DNA from: an uncultured virus (IMG/VR IMGVR_UViG_3300027741_000049)
Lineage: Duplodnaviria; Heunggongvirae; Uroviricota; Caudoviricetes
Length of the DNA: 64,000 nt
Virus record (IMG/VR): IMGVR_UViG_3300027741_000049
Direction: 5' to 3' (one strand)
A program made the position numbers and the translations under genes. This document shows, piece after piece, positions 38,701 to 47,655 of the stretch. The notes under the pieces were generated by a model. The model saw only the letters and a program-made list of their open reading frames with translations. It searched no databases and was not told the origin of the DNA. Numbering within the stretch: the stretch's first letter is position 1; each line of letters opens with the position of its first letter.

Positions 38701-39825
38701 GCCTACTTCAATTGAATTAAAATTATAGACTACAGTAATAGCCGTAGTAGATGTAGTAATTGTATTTGCTCTGCAAAAGTTTACCGTATGTGTAGCTGCA
38801 GAGTTAAACGCAGTACCACTAGTAGCGCCACCAAGAAAGTTTATAGTACCTATACGTGCATAACATTCTGTAGTTGTAGTTGCACCAGCACTTGGAGCCG
38901 GTTTATTAATAGTTGCTGCAGTCCAATTAAATTCACTTGTGGCATAAGTATCGTATAATCCGCCAAATACGGTTACAGTACCTGCAGTAAGATAATTACC
39001 ACCAACATATAAGTCATAAACACTTCCAGTTACCTGAATACGTATATCATTTCTATCTATAGCAATTAATAGTCTAGGACAAGTTGCTGGTACACCAGCA
39101 CCAAAAGTAAGTACTGTAGTAACAGTAGTACTACGATACCCATCCATTTGAATATATCCAGTTCTATCGGTATAAGTACAAGTAGTCTGTGAAGCATTAA
39201 CTATTGTACCAGTAAAAGTTCCGTTAACATATACAATACCTTTTTGAGACCAAGTTCTAGCAGTAGTACTATTATTAGTTAATACTCTAGTAACAATAGC
39301 TCCTACTTGAACAAAACTACCACTAGTAAATGTAAATACTGAAGCTGTTGTATTAGTTTGATTACAGTATAAATCACCATTAAAAGTTATTGATGTAGTA
39401 GTAGTTTTAGCTACTGTAACTTTACAACAATTATTACCCCCCCAATCTACTACAGCAGTTTGCGCTCCGTTAAAAGTAAGTACGCCGGTGCTAGTATTGG
39501 TTTGATTAAACTGACCACTATTAGTAAAGTTGCGACCTACACTAAGTGAACCAGTACCAGTATAATTTAAAGTAACTCCGTTAATAGTTACATCATTATT
39601 AACAGTCAGCGCAGTTCCAGCAATAGTAGTGTCACCATTAATAACTAAACTGCCAATAGTATTATTAACACCAGTAGCATTACCACCATTAAAATAAACC
39701 GTTGCTGTAGTGCCCGGCGCTGCACCGGAAGTACTGCCGTCCTCATTTAACCAATTGCTTGCAGTAGCCCAAGCTCTAGCAGTTGCATCTGCAAAACGCC
39801 AAATTTTATTAATACTAGTTGCCAT
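32758..39825 (-). CDS. giant T/S/G/N-rich fibre/adhesin-like virion protein (beta-helix-like) with four C-terminal Calx-beta/Ig-like repeats
   Basis: 2355 aa; beta-strand-rich composition; repeats PT(Y/F).L....V.EG..FTITLTTT.V...T.IPYTISG......D near the C-terminus. Confidence 0.7.
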   Translation of the reverse strand: MATSINKIWRFADATARAWATASNWLNEDGSTSGAAPGTTATVYFNGGNATGVNNTIGSLVINGDTTIAGTALTVNNDVTINGVTLNYTGTGSLSVGRNFTNSGQFNQTNTSTGVLTFNGAQTAVVDWGGNNCCKVTVAKTTTTSITFNGDLYCNQTNTTASVFTFTSGSFVQVGAIVTRVLTNNSTTARTWSQKGIVYVNGTFTGTIVNASQTTCTYTDRTGYIQMDGYRSTTVTTVLTFGAGVPATCPRLLIAIDRNDIRIQVTGSVYDLYVGGNYLTAGTVTVFGGLYDTYATSEFNWTAATINKPAPSAGATTTTECYARIGTINFLGGATSGTAFNSAATHTVNFCRANTITTSTTAITVVYNFNSIEVGTALSITPLANPNGTTSSWTYGKESYINVSYARPYAGVTSVTTTIGAATSSSTNWSYIYFEDVDLPGTITHNTHEFSIGQKTNSSVYCTALVSTSGFARTFNIGSNTTTSYLITRSQISGAAATGSCTFTNTGFTSGFCNGALVVAGTGTHAFGTMSSIQALKIQLRHSNCIISGTVDSIAVEDNAGVTSASTITIDGYYRGNSIYRLGDTPGAFTGLSINYTYTGTGSGAPYTHNFSQKLATVTVSGASSYVSFDYITATTLTIAGSGTTVSSDVIINDCLCDTINFQPAQTGSATSVCTWYGGTCTNLNINYTTNGTIKRIYLNFPTNGAETNWVTGTLTFTAGYIELNNCKVIVGTFTAGATAVTKTIAWSSNTDGIVVTGNCTLTSSMTFAGYNYDTTSAGSNSAGYFILAGGSTARTYSNFVWTSTLPVVRFNTEFRTTVNCTWSNWYTQNFTVTDGAIQTTATTINISGNLLVNNPNGNISGFTFNFTFAPIDLYSAQIINYIGNSAYPIPTVTHSATATGLVVDIQQLNATNINLTGANVTYHVGGDYPVDYSGVLVPGILTLSAAGSTYNINNVTGKDVTLNNATAIFNFYYFVNISSTPTTGTITHSAGTLNLTVSPYYGTATEPSISTWSFISNTTSNRIINFNNGSDTSPAYIITRNTGTINLSYQGLTGNCGKLSGFIHNSTGSINTGSVAPANTACAIGIAILNACTLPSPFYVKTFTNMNWDQTGAGSGYPTNTSAVTVNLYGDLYLSGNALAWFNFDGETVANKPGWQYLSLNISSTETSSVHSMSTQMDFLDIIWMSPLGSITIPTITLPSTFQGIVYISSNNLTCNNFVHQRGSLNFKGYPLNVNTKYSTTDTTNTKSIVNDGRISTCIYLKATTGTVWDFPKTDLLSSSWQAVINVLGGVVNHGTTTTKTTLQPSFDFRNYTNSYTISPTSSFNVGSLYLNNYSIPANSILNIGGPNFSYTGSQSIASSATINLIDGGNRQSSGNITVSQITGTSGQFLASSVTGLTLQVGQIVTVTGSFYLASPFIFGSGTYKSFTNSGNKATITQQAYVAGTTSGSSSMTGAFFNANGGSVQNPGISVTGTFEYVVYNTCNFNFTIGTNSAVRTSNCYVFASIRNNNTGASYGALSSSYAPGPVNIGSTTSGTIVVSASTSGTLVTVEISGGGTQESTSINASWNISNSSTNITGNINNYNEYDQYEISQVGTNTGSGTPFTLVTRYLQPISTSTGSVQGPIFALSTATVIAGSDTTVFNSDTTAIYPVINTTVPTKLSLSGSNSFQFNRINISNGIIFNMSADTSGNSIICLDAITATQNSSLNITNKTLEIRGANSSTTSGLQFGSNGATNTTNSGNLIGSTSSNLIFSGLNGSLAGNQYCRFSKFSSYYGGNITNNLQYTNASSSGFLYLELEGLQSVGSDTYPVNFNSINFGYSVGALQINSYYGIGVKTFNLISGIRLSGVNATYSSTNFSLILAQNPYSRVYADQLNINNFNVSGGQGWYYGTTSTVAGSYNGWQSGLLPTFTLTRSPVTSNIDEGSIATYTLTTTNLNDNTQIPFTISGTGIATSDILINGTAGTSGTFTIISNSGSFIFTAVADFTNETVSSVYETFTLSLNNQLASISGAIRDTSRIPTYSLSRSPAGDITEGNSVTITLTATSIPANYQIPYTLSGTATNGTDYTLSSTSGYFTLGATTVVSNILSATSTLTFNTVWDYVSEGTETVTLTTASTYGGTNTSITFNILNLLHPTYALSANPTSVTEGGNFTITLTTTDVANGTVIPYTISGTGITASDFSIGGSSSFTGNFTIQNNTSTITVTTLADYFTESSENLRLTLDTIGTLIDVPIADYYKTRTWSLATDKTTVSEGESFTITLTTTNVFDNTLVPYTISSGTSGTITTGDFTPASLTGNFTVVGGTAQQTFNIVVDAAIEGTEIFVLTLGSPANSSINITIRDPVASAGNFLILFE

Positions 39826-39837
39826 TATTGCTACCTA

Positions 39838-40815
39838 TTAAAATCCAGCTATTTTTGCCACTAGTTGCCATTTAACATCCGTGCTATTATAAATAAAACC
39901 AAAATAATCCCACTTGCTGTTACCGCTAGTAACTGTAGGTAATGATACATCAGTAGAACCTTGAAATTGTGCGCCCCAACCTGTAGTAGCATTAATAGTT
40001 TGTGCTGCAACACTTTTAATTTTATAAATTAATTTTTGACCATTTACTAGTGTACCTAAACCTGCAGTACCACTAGTTGTAGGATTTGCAAAAGTAAGTG
40101 CACCTGCGCTAGCTGTGGTATAAAATTCTACTATATCAAATAAATCAGCTGTTACATTTATAATGTAACCACTAGTACTGGAAGTCAAAAGGCTAACTCT
40201 AGGAGTTAGTCTTTTATTAGTAATAGTAGCTGTTCCGCTATCGCTGTAGCTTTTATTAACTATATCATTAGCGCCACTAGGTGCAGTAGTAATAGTAGTT
40301 CCATTACTAGCACTAGTAACTCTGCCTTTAACATCTACAACAATATTAGCAAGACCATAAGTACCCGCACTTACACCACTATTAGCTAGCGTAAGTGCAG
40401 AAGTGCCATTAGCACCACTAGTACCTGTTACATCCCCAGTAAATATGCCACCACTAGCACTAGTAACTCTGCCTTTAGCATCTACTATAATTGTAGCACT
40501 ACCATAAGTACCAGCAGTTACACCACTAGTAGATAATACAAGTGATGCAGTACCATTATTACCGCTTGTGCCAAGCACATCACCTGCAAATACTCCATTA
40601 CTAGCACTAGTAACTCTGCCTTTAGCATCTACCGTAATATTAGCATGACCATAAGTACCAGCAGTTACACCACTGGTACTTAGTGCTAAATTAGTGTCAA
40701 CGGCTAGATTAATAAAGTTATTATCTACTTCCGCATTAGTTAGTGGACGATTTAAGACAGTTACTGTTACACCACTTGTGCCTGCACTAGTTGCCCTTGT
40801 ATTAATAGTTGCCAT
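39838..40815 (-). CDS. tail fibre-like protein with three 49-aa repeats
   Basis: PLTNAEVDNNF.NL N-terminus; SGV(T/S)AGTYG...I.VD.KGRVTSAS.G x3; C-terminal D.FGFIYN....KW domain. Confidence 0.75.
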   Translation of the reverse strand: MATINTRATSAGTSGVTVTVLNRPLTNAEVDNNFINLAVDTNLALSTSGVTAGTYGHANITVDAKGRVTSASNGVFAGDVLGTSGNNGTASLVLSTSGVTAGTYGSATIIVDAKGRVTSASGGIFTGDVTGTSGANGTSALTLANSGVSAGTYGLANIVVDVKGRVTSASNGTTITTAPSGANDIVNKSYSDSGTATITNKRLTPRVSLLTSSTSGYIINVTADLFDIVEFYTTASAGALTFANPTTSGTAGLGTLVNGQKLIYKIKSVAAQTINATTGWGAQFQGSTDVSLPTVTSGNSKWDYFGFIYNSTDVKWQLVAKIAGF

Positions 40816-40833
40816 AATCGTCCCTGAGTTAAA

Positions 40834-41334
40834 TTAAGCTACTGTAACTTTCCAAGTAATAACTAGGGTATCTAACGCACCTTTGTTAATAACACTAAAA
40901 GTTGTGCGACAAAGCATTTTTCCGCTTGTGCTTGCATTAAAAATTCCTGCTTCTGTAATAGCAGCTGTTCCAACACCTGGATTAAAAGTAGCAACATACT
41001 GAACACTATCATCACTAATTGTAGTTTGTGCAATAGTAGTGCTGTCTAAGGCTACTCTAGCGACTTCTCCAAATAAAGCTGAATCGCTTTTTTGCTCTGC
41101 AGTAGTACTAGTGCCAATAGCCATATGTGTCATAATAGTTGGCAGACCGGTTGCAGGCATTACACCGCCTGTTCCCGCGGTTCCAGAACTATTAGAAAAC
41201 ATTCTAGCAGCAATGTATCTTAGGCCATCATTGACAACTACATTAGTTTCGTCTCGTTCTTGTTTAATATTGCCTAAATGGTCTATAAGTTTTATATTTA
41301 GCTTACCGCAGGCATTTAGTGAATCATCTAACAT
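40834..41334 (-). CDS. virion structural protein (baseplate/fibre-associated)
   Basis: N.VVN.G, MAIGT, ATF.PG.GT.AITEAGIFNA...G.ML.R..F..INK...DTL.ITW motif. Confidence 0.65.
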   Translation of the reverse strand: MLDDSLNACGKLNIKLIDHLGNIKQERDETNVVVNDGLRYIAARMFSNSSGTAGTGGVMPATGLPTIMTHMAIGTSTTAEQKSDSALFGEVARVALDSTTIAQTTISDDSVQYVATFNPGVGTAAITEAGIFNASTSGKMLCRTTFSVINKGALDTLVITWKVTVA

Positions 41335-41354
41335 TTTAATTTCCTTTTGAAAAG

Positions 41355-44300
41355 TTAACCTATAAAGGTTGTATTTGTGCCTGCATATCCAGGCTGAACA
41401 TAGTCAGTGGCAAAATAATCCTGCCTATTTGTTGTTCCAGAGCCAGAAGTTATTATTGTATCCGTAAATTTTTTGTCTATGTATTTAAGATAATTTATTA
41501 TTTCTGATATTGTTACTTGATCTGTAAAAGTTCTTTTAGTATTTGACTTAAATATTAAAGTCTGAGAAATTGTAGCATTGTCTATAAATAATATTGGGGT
41601 AAATTTTATATAAGTTAAATTATTACTATTAGTTGTTGTAGTATCCAACAACACTATTTTACGTTTAAATATTAAATTCTGAGTAGTAGTATTAGATGTA
41701 TCATTTATTTTGTTTAAAACAGAGAAAACAGGTCTAACGTTTACAGTATTAGCATTGTGCAGAGACACTACTTTGCTAACTTTAAATACTGGTCTAACAT
41801 GACTACTAATAAAACTATCTAGTATATTATAAACTCGTTTAATAAATATACTATGACTAGTTGTTGTAGTATCTAACAGTACTATTTTACGTTTAAATAT
41901 TAAGGTTTGATTAGTACTAGCTGTATTGTTTATTTTGTTTAAAACAGAAAAAACAGGTCTAATATTTACAGTATTAGCATTATCTAAACTTAGTGCTTTG
42001 TTAACTTTAAATACTGGCCTAATGTGATCACTAATAAAACTATCTAGTATATTATAAGCATAAATTCGTTTAATAATTATACTGTGACTAGTTGTTGTAG
42101 AATTTAATAGTATATGTGCAACATTAAATTTTATTTGATGTGCAGTAGTAGCTGTTTGCTTTTTAAGCAAAGATATTAAAAATTTTGGATTTATAGTACT
42201 AGTATTACTATAATCTGGACTTAATTTTTTAACGGTTTTAAACTTAATACTATCACTAGTTTGATAAGTATTAGATACTAAAATATTACGTATGGTTGTA
42301 TAAGTAAAATTACTATAAATAGTAATAGTATTATTTATAGATTTTTTAGTATTAAAACTTATTCTATTATTAAAGGTACTAGCACCTATTTCTAAAAAGT
42401 CTATATAGAACTCAAAGTGTTTATGTGCAGACAGTAAACTATCACTAGTATTTAACGTATTTACTATTGTTGGTTTTATATTAAGCTTTTTAGTTTCTGC
42501 TATTATACTATTTGTATCAAATAAATTAAACCGTCGTATTCTGTTAAATATAATATCGCTGTCATTACTAGTAGCAGCGTCTAAATAATTTCTTTTATAG
42601 TTAACTGTACGATCAAAATAAACATCATATGGATTTATATACTTATTTATAGGCGATTCTAATTTAAGCTTAACTGTAAAATATCTTTTTTCAAACTGAT
42701 TAATATTTACTAAGTTTACTATATTAGGTTTAATATTAAGTTTTACTTTTTCATTAAACGAGTAATATACTGTGTGTTTTACTCGTTTAATGAAAGTTTT
42801 TGAGGGTAAAAATTGTAATGAAAATACTGTAAGATTACTAAGTATTTTATTAAAATCTTTACTCAGGAAATCATCTGTGCTTGCTAAATAATCATCTACA
42901 TACTGATTAAAATATATTAAAGATTTTAAACTATCATTAGATATAACTTGATTAGTTTTAAATACGCCTAATTTAATAGTATTTAAATCACTAAATAAAA
43001 CATTATCAATAAAGTCTCTTTTAGTTACTAATTTAATTAAAGTATTAGTTTCAATAATTTCATTAAATTCTCTAATAGCACTAAACTGACGCAAAAAATT
43101 ATCTTGAATAGTAACTTCATCAATTTTATTTATTAGTGCACTTATACTCAAATAGCTATTAATTTTAACATCATCTTGTTTTAAACTTAATATTTTTAAT
43201 GCAATGTTATCAGTATCATACGCAAATAAATCTAACTCTGATTTATTATAATTAAAAATTGTCCTAGTTATAAAAGTTGTTGGAATTTCAGCAATATCAA
43301 ATAATATTTTTCCAATCAATGCAGTTTGATCATCATCAATATTACTAAACCCAAAATAGTCGTCTGTAGGGTGTATATAATCTTGCAGGTTACGTATATA
43401 ACTAACAACAGTAAATTTTGAATCTAAAGTATTATTAGTAACGCTACGTAGTTGTTTTTTTGGTTTAAGTAAAACATTAGCTACAGTTATATTAGCAGTG
43501 TTGTATCCTTGTATTATTTTTTTAAAGTTAACCGCCTTACTGTCTTTATTAGCTAGATTTAAATACTGTTGTTGTAAAATAATGCTTAAAAAACTTTTAT
43601 AAGTTTGACTAGTAATAACATAATCTTCGTACTTATTTTTTAACTTAGCAAGTATTTTTTGACTAGTAACAACAATATTATTATTTATACCCTTGATAGT
43701 TTTAAAATAAAACTTACTATCGAAGGCATCTGCATCATTTGTAAAATTACGAAAAAATTTAACTACAAGCCTTAGCTGACCATCTATAAGATATCCGTCT
43801 CCAGAAACGCTTGCTCTGATTTTTACACGATCATTTGTGCGTTTTTTGTAAAAATTTGCAGGAGTTATTGTGTCAACACTAACTACAGGATATAAGTTTT
43901 TAAAATATTTAAATTTAAATTCAGTTTGTAATATTTGTTTAAATTCTAAAAACGGTTTAATTAAGCGTTTTCTTAAGTAAACTTCTAAGAAATTTACTTG
44001 GTCTTCTCCACGAGCAAATTTACTAAATGGTAAAGTAAAATTATTACTGCTTATATCTGTGTCTACTAAAGTAGATAAATCAATATTTTGACTAGGCGCA
44101 TCTAGACCTTTTATAGTTATATCAAAATTTAAACTACTTGTGTTAACCTCAGTAATTAGATCTCTAATATTTATTTGAGCAATAGTGTCATCAGAATTAG
44201 TACTAGTATTTAAATCTTGTATATTAACATTAGTTTCTAGAGTATTTATATCACTGTTAACAGTTGTATCAGCTATATTTATTTTACTAATATCTAGTTG

Positions 44301-44474
44301 CGTTGTATTTTCAGAAGTCTCATAATCTTTAATATTAATATTAACGTTATCAAGACTATAGTTACTAACACTAGTAACTAAGTCTTTAATATTGCTCGCG
44401 CCGGTACTTACGTCAGAAATTACAACATTTGTATCAATGTTAGCTATATTAATATTTGTAGTAATTCCTGCCAT
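41355..44474 (-). CDS. large repetitive low-GC protein, probably structural
   Basis: 1039 aa; acidic N-terminus, K/I/N-rich repeats, terminal QDYF..DYV..GYAG. Confidence 0.6.
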   Translation of the reverse strand: MAGITTNINIANIDTNVVISDVSTGASNIKDLVTSVSNYSLDNVNINIKDYETSENTTQLDISKINIADTTVNSDINTLETNVNIQDLNTSTNSDDTIAQINIRDLITEVNTSSLNFDITIKGLDAPSQNIDLSTLVDTDISSNNFTLPFSKFARGEDQVNFLEVYLRKRLIKPFLEFKQILQTEFKFKYFKNLYPVVSVDTITPANFYKKRTNDRVKIRASVSGDGYLIDGQLRLVVKFFRNFTNDADAFDSKFYFKTIKGINNNIVVTSQKILAKLKNKYEDYVITSQTYKSFLSIILQQQYLNLANKDSKAVNFKKIIQGYNTANITVANVLLKPKKQLRSVTNNTLDSKFTVVSYIRNLQDYIHPTDDYFGFSNIDDDQTALIGKILFDIAEIPTTFITRTIFNYNKSELDLFAYDTDNIALKILSLKQDDVKINSYLSISALINKIDEVTIQDNFLRQFSAIREFNEIIETNTLIKLVTKRDFIDNVLFSDLNTIKLGVFKTNQVISNDSLKSLIYFNQYVDDYLASTDDFLSKDFNKILSNLTVFSLQFLPSKTFIKRVKHTVYYSFNEKVKLNIKPNIVNLVNINQFEKRYFTVKLKLESPINKYINPYDVYFDRTVNYKRNYLDAATSNDSDIIFNRIRRFNLFDTNSIIAETKKLNIKPTIVNTLNTSDSLLSAHKHFEFYIDFLEIGASTFNNRISFNTKKSINNTITIYSNFTYTTIRNILVSNTYQTSDSIKFKTVKKLSPDYSNTSTINPKFLISLLKKQTATTAHQIKFNVAHILLNSTTTSHSIIIKRIYAYNILDSFISDHIRPVFKVNKALSLDNANTVNIRPVFSVLNKINNTASTNQTLIFKRKIVLLDTTTTSHSIFIKRVYNILDSFISSHVRPVFKVSKVVSLHNANTVNVRPVFSVLNKINDTSNTTTQNLIFKRKIVLLDTTTTNSNNLTYIKFTPILFIDNATISQTLIFKSNTKRTFTDQVTISEIINYLKYIDKKFTDTIITSGSGTTNRQDYFATDYVQPGYAGTNTTFIG

Positions 44475-44482
44475 TTCAACTC

Positions 44483-45115
44483 CTAGCTTACATTCTGTTT
44501 ACCTGATGTATCAGCTGTATCACTGGTAGGACTAAATAATAGTTCTACTAATCCACGAACAGGCTTAAAAGTTCTTGTAAATACTGGATCACTGGGCTCA
44601 GTTACTCGCAGTTCAAAAAATCCATAAACTGCACTATCTGCTAGTGGTTTTATGGCCCAATTACTTCCTAAAGTAGTTGGAAATTGTACATAAATTTTGT
44701 TTAGTACAGTTACGGTCCAATTTGCAGTATCAGTAGCTGGATTAGTTGCACTTGTAACGCTAACGCCTTGAATTCGTTTATAATAAACATTATTATAAAG
44801 CACTATTTCTTCTTTATTGTAAGCTGTGCTGGCACTCCAAGTTCCAATAAATTTAGGTTGTCTAACAAATAGTGTAGTAGTAACACCACTAGGTTGTATT
44901 ACTGTAGGAAAATCTTGTTGACCAGTTATATTTTTTGCTTCTACTACAACTGCTTCATATAAGTAATTTAATCCTGCGGCTTTTTGAGTTGCGTCTGTAA
45001 TAAAATTAAGTGTAATTGGAAATTCTAATGCTTCGCCTAGTACCATAGACCATAGTACTGCTCCAACATCTGTTACAAGATCTACACTTGTATTAGTTAG
45101 TCTTGATCGTGCCAT
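44483..45115 (-). CDS. putative virion/baseplate protein with short carbohydrate-binding-like insert
   Basis: GTWSASTAYN....V.YN..YY.......P......W insert; position in tail module. Confidence 0.55.
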   Translation of the reverse strand: MARSRLTNTSVDLVTDVGAVLWSMVLGEALEFPITLNFITDATQKAAGLNYLYEAVVVEAKNITGQQDFPTVIQPSGVTTTLFVRQPKFIGTWSASTAYNKEEIVLYNNVYYKRIQGVSVTSATNPATDTANWTVTVLNKIYVQFPTTLGSNWAIKPLADSAVYGFFELRVTEPSDPVFTRTFKPVRGLVELLFSPTSDTADTSGKQNVS

Positions 45116-45459
45116 GCTGTTTCCTTGTATTTTTGAATGCTTAAATCTTTAAGTTTAGAAATTTCTAAGGTTAATCTAGCAATTTCCGTATGTAACTGCT
45201 GATTTTCCACAGTTAAATTTCTAATTTGTTGATTTAGCTCAATTACTTCTTGTTGTAAATTACCTAGTTCAACACTGAGTTTTGTATTTTGTTCACTCAT
45301 GCGTTCTAGTTCTTGGTGCATTAAGTTTAAAATAGAATTTTCAGTTTTTTCAGTTTTAAATCCAGTAAGAAATTTTTGCAATAAAAATAATATTGCAAAA
45401 ATACTGGCTAGGCCACCGCCTATTAATTGCAGTAATGTATAAGGTTCTATTAGTTGCAT
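45097..45459 (-). CDS. single-TM coiled-coil protein
   Basis: N-terminal TM followed by long heptad repeat. Confidence 0.6.
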   Translation of the reverse strand: MQLIEPYTLLQLIGGGLASIFAILFLLQKFLTGFKTEKTENSILNLMHQELERMSEQNTKLSVELGNLQQEVIELNQQIRNLTVENQQLHTEIARLTLEISKLKDLSIQKYKETAWHDQD

Positions 45460-45511
45460 AAATAGGCGTCCTTTATAAAATAAAATTAAATTACCGTAGT
45501 AATTTTGTTAT

Positions 45512-45540
45512 ATTATACCATGGTGGTAGTTGCTTGTCAA
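45512..45540 (-). promoter_or_regulatory. perfect-consensus sigma70 promoter
   Basis: TTGACA-17 nt-TATAAT with extended -10 TG on the minus strand. Confidence 0.9.
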
Positions 45541-45543
45541 TAT

Positions 45544-45578
45544 AAAAAAATACCTGCCCACTAAAAGGCAGGTATTTT
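45544..45578 (-). terminator. intrinsic terminator
   Basis: AAAATACCTGCC/GGCAGGTATTTT stem with T tract on the minus strand. Confidence 0.8.
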
Positions 45579-45579
45579 C

Positions 45580-46413
45580 TTACCAGCTATTTAACTGAAT
45601 ATTACTACTATAAAATCCTAAATATTGATATTGTAGAGCAGTGTTTTGCATCCTGCCATATATACTATAAGCTTGCGTATATTCTGGATTAGTATTATCT
45701 GGAAATAAACAGTAGTAAATTAAAGCGTTAGTACCACAAGTTTGCATAATTTGCAGTAATGTTTTTCTATCTGCATCACTCATGTACTCTATATTAAAAT
45801 TTAAAGTATCACTAATAGTTTTTCTGTCTACATAGGTATTGCCACTGCGAGTAGTAGTAATCTCACTTTGATCTTGTGTGCCTAGATCAATACCACGACT
45901 AATTTGACGAGTTGGTTCCCAGTACTGGCCACAAACAATTCTAGCGCAATCAATTTGTTGTGCTATATCTGCACGTGTTAATGTAATTTCCACAGCTTTT
46001 ACTTGATAAGCTTTTGTAAACCACAAACTAGTTTTTGTTGCACCACCTAAACCAAAATCTTTATAGGTACTAGTAGTAGCACCTCCTTGTAAAATAATAG
46101 ATCTACCTAAACAAGCATTTTTATTTATAAGTTGTGCAATAGGACCTGCAACATCACTAATACTAGTTTCATACATTAATACATCTATTTTATCACTTCC
46201 TTGTAAATTAGTTGCAGGTAATGCTACAGCATTAATACTTTGCGGAGTTGACCAAGTTAAGGTATAGGTAACAGTACTAGTACTATTACTGCGATGTACA
46301 CTAGTTTTTTGAGTATTTTGCATATTTTGCGCAACTAAACCACTGGTAGTACTACTGGCAGTAATAGTAGCTTTATCAGCTACATTGTTATAAATTAATC
46401 GTAAATTAGCCAT
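45580..46413 (-). CDS. tail protein (distal-tail-like)
   Basis: MANLRLIYNN.AD.A start, RIVCG.YW.P, D.S....TRSG, YSIYG; position in tail module. Confidence 0.55.
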   Translation of the reverse strand: MANLRLIYNNVADKATITASSTTSGLVAQNMQNTQKTSVHRSNSTSTVTYTLTWSTPQSINAVALPATNLQGSDKIDVLMYETSISDVAGPIAQLINKNACLGRSIILQGGATTSTYKDFGLGGATKTSLWFTKAYQVKAVEITLTRADIAQQIDCARIVCGQYWEPTRQISRGIDLGTQDQSEITTTRSGNTYVDRKTISDTLNFNIEYMSDADRKTLLQIMQTCGTNALIYYCLFPDNTNPEYTQAYSIYGRMQNTALQYQYLGFYSSNIQLNSW

Positions 46414-46442
46414 TGCAATTCCTATTTAAAAGTTAGGACAAT

Positions 46443-47636
46443 TTATTCGCCCCACTCCCAAGGACGTATAACTGTATATAATAATAATCTTTTAGGTATT
46501 GTTCTATTTATAAAAGTAATGCTACAAGCTATTACTGGTATATAATTTCCGGGACCTAATCCAAGTAAGTTGTAGTGTTTAATTCTGTACAGGGCGGGAT
46601 TAGTTTCTAAAATTTCTTTTTGTTTTAAGTTGTAAGGAATAGGTAATTTATAATATTCAGCTACACTATCAATCATTGCAATGCTTTCAGCAGCAAAAAA
46701 TATTTCTTCTTCATTACGGTTATCGTAATAAGCTCTAGCAACCCAATGGTTAACACTAGGACAAAGATCATACCCGCCTGAAATATCGTATCCACGATTA
46801 GTCATATTTGTTAAAACAGCGGTAGCTTGTTTAGTTAATTGATATTTTTTAATTCTTAGAATATTATCATTTTTGTCTGATTCTTCACCGTACCAATTTA
46901 AAATAGTATCAGAATCAGGATTATCTGGTGCATTAATATATTTAATTTTTACTCCATCTGCAAAACGAGTAGATTCACTAAGTTTTACAGAACTAGTACT
47001 ATCACTACCGTATAAATGCAAACCTGGTACTGCTTTACCGCCAGTAAGTTTTGTTTTTAGTATTCCAGCTTCCCAAAGTAGCCCCTGATTATAATAAGAT
47101 CTACCATACATATATATCTTCCAACCACCAGGTAGTTTAGGATAAGTATAAACTTTAAATAAACTAGGAACATTGTTGACAAATTTAATGCCAGCAATAA
47201 TAGTTGGGCCGCGATCAACCAAATTAAATTGCATTAGTTGCTCTGGATCAGTAACTATCTGTGTTTCAATTTCTTCGTTGATAGGATAAGGTAAGTTATA
47301 ATATTCTGCTACTTCTTGCAGTTGTTCAATAGAATCAATTGCAAATAATATTTCATAATTTACACGATCCTGTTTATCGAGTGCAACTAAAGCAACCCAT
47401 AATGTTACTGCCGGAGATAAGTTTATATTATCTAATTCAATACCAAGGCCACTACCAGAAAAATAACTATTAAAAGCAGTAGTAGTAAAATACTCTTGTC
47501 CTGTATTTAACTTATAACCAAAAAGATTATCATACTCAGAAATAGGAATATGCACTTGTTCTAGTTGTTTTTCTGTTAAGCTACTGTATATTTGTCCATT
47601 ATTATAATAAACAATTTCTGCAAGATTAGTATTCAT
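46443..47636 (-). CDS. hypothetical protein with internal domain duplication
   Basis: 397 aa; VAEYY.LP.P unit occurs twice. Confidence 0.65.
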   Translation of the reverse strand: MNTNLAEIVYYNNGQIYSSLTEKQLEQVHIPISEYDNLFGYKLNTGQEYFTTTAFNSYFSGSGLGIELDNINLSPAVTLWVALVALDKQDRVNYEILFAIDSIEQLQEVAEYYNLPYPINEEIETQIVTDPEQLMQFNLVDRGPTIIAGIKFVNNVPSLFKVYTYPKLPGGWKIYMYGRSYYNQGLLWEAGILKTKLTGGKAVPGLHLYGSDSTSSVKLSESTRFADGVKIKYINAPDNPDSDTILNWYGEESDKNDNILRIKKYQLTKQATAVLTNMTNRGYDISGGYDLCPSVNHWVARAYYDNRNEEEIFFAAESIAMIDSVAEYYKLPIPYNLKQKEILETNPALYRIKHYNLLGLGPGNYIPVIACSITFINRTIPKRLLLYTVIRPWEWGE

Positions 47637-47655
47637 TTATATAGTACCAACATAG

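Noticed and set aside
40300..42110. Direct repeats as a possible CRISPR array or DGR template/variable repeats
   Set aside because: The repeats are in-frame coding duplications without spacers. No cas or reverse transcriptase gene is in the window, and differences are not adenine-specific by eye.
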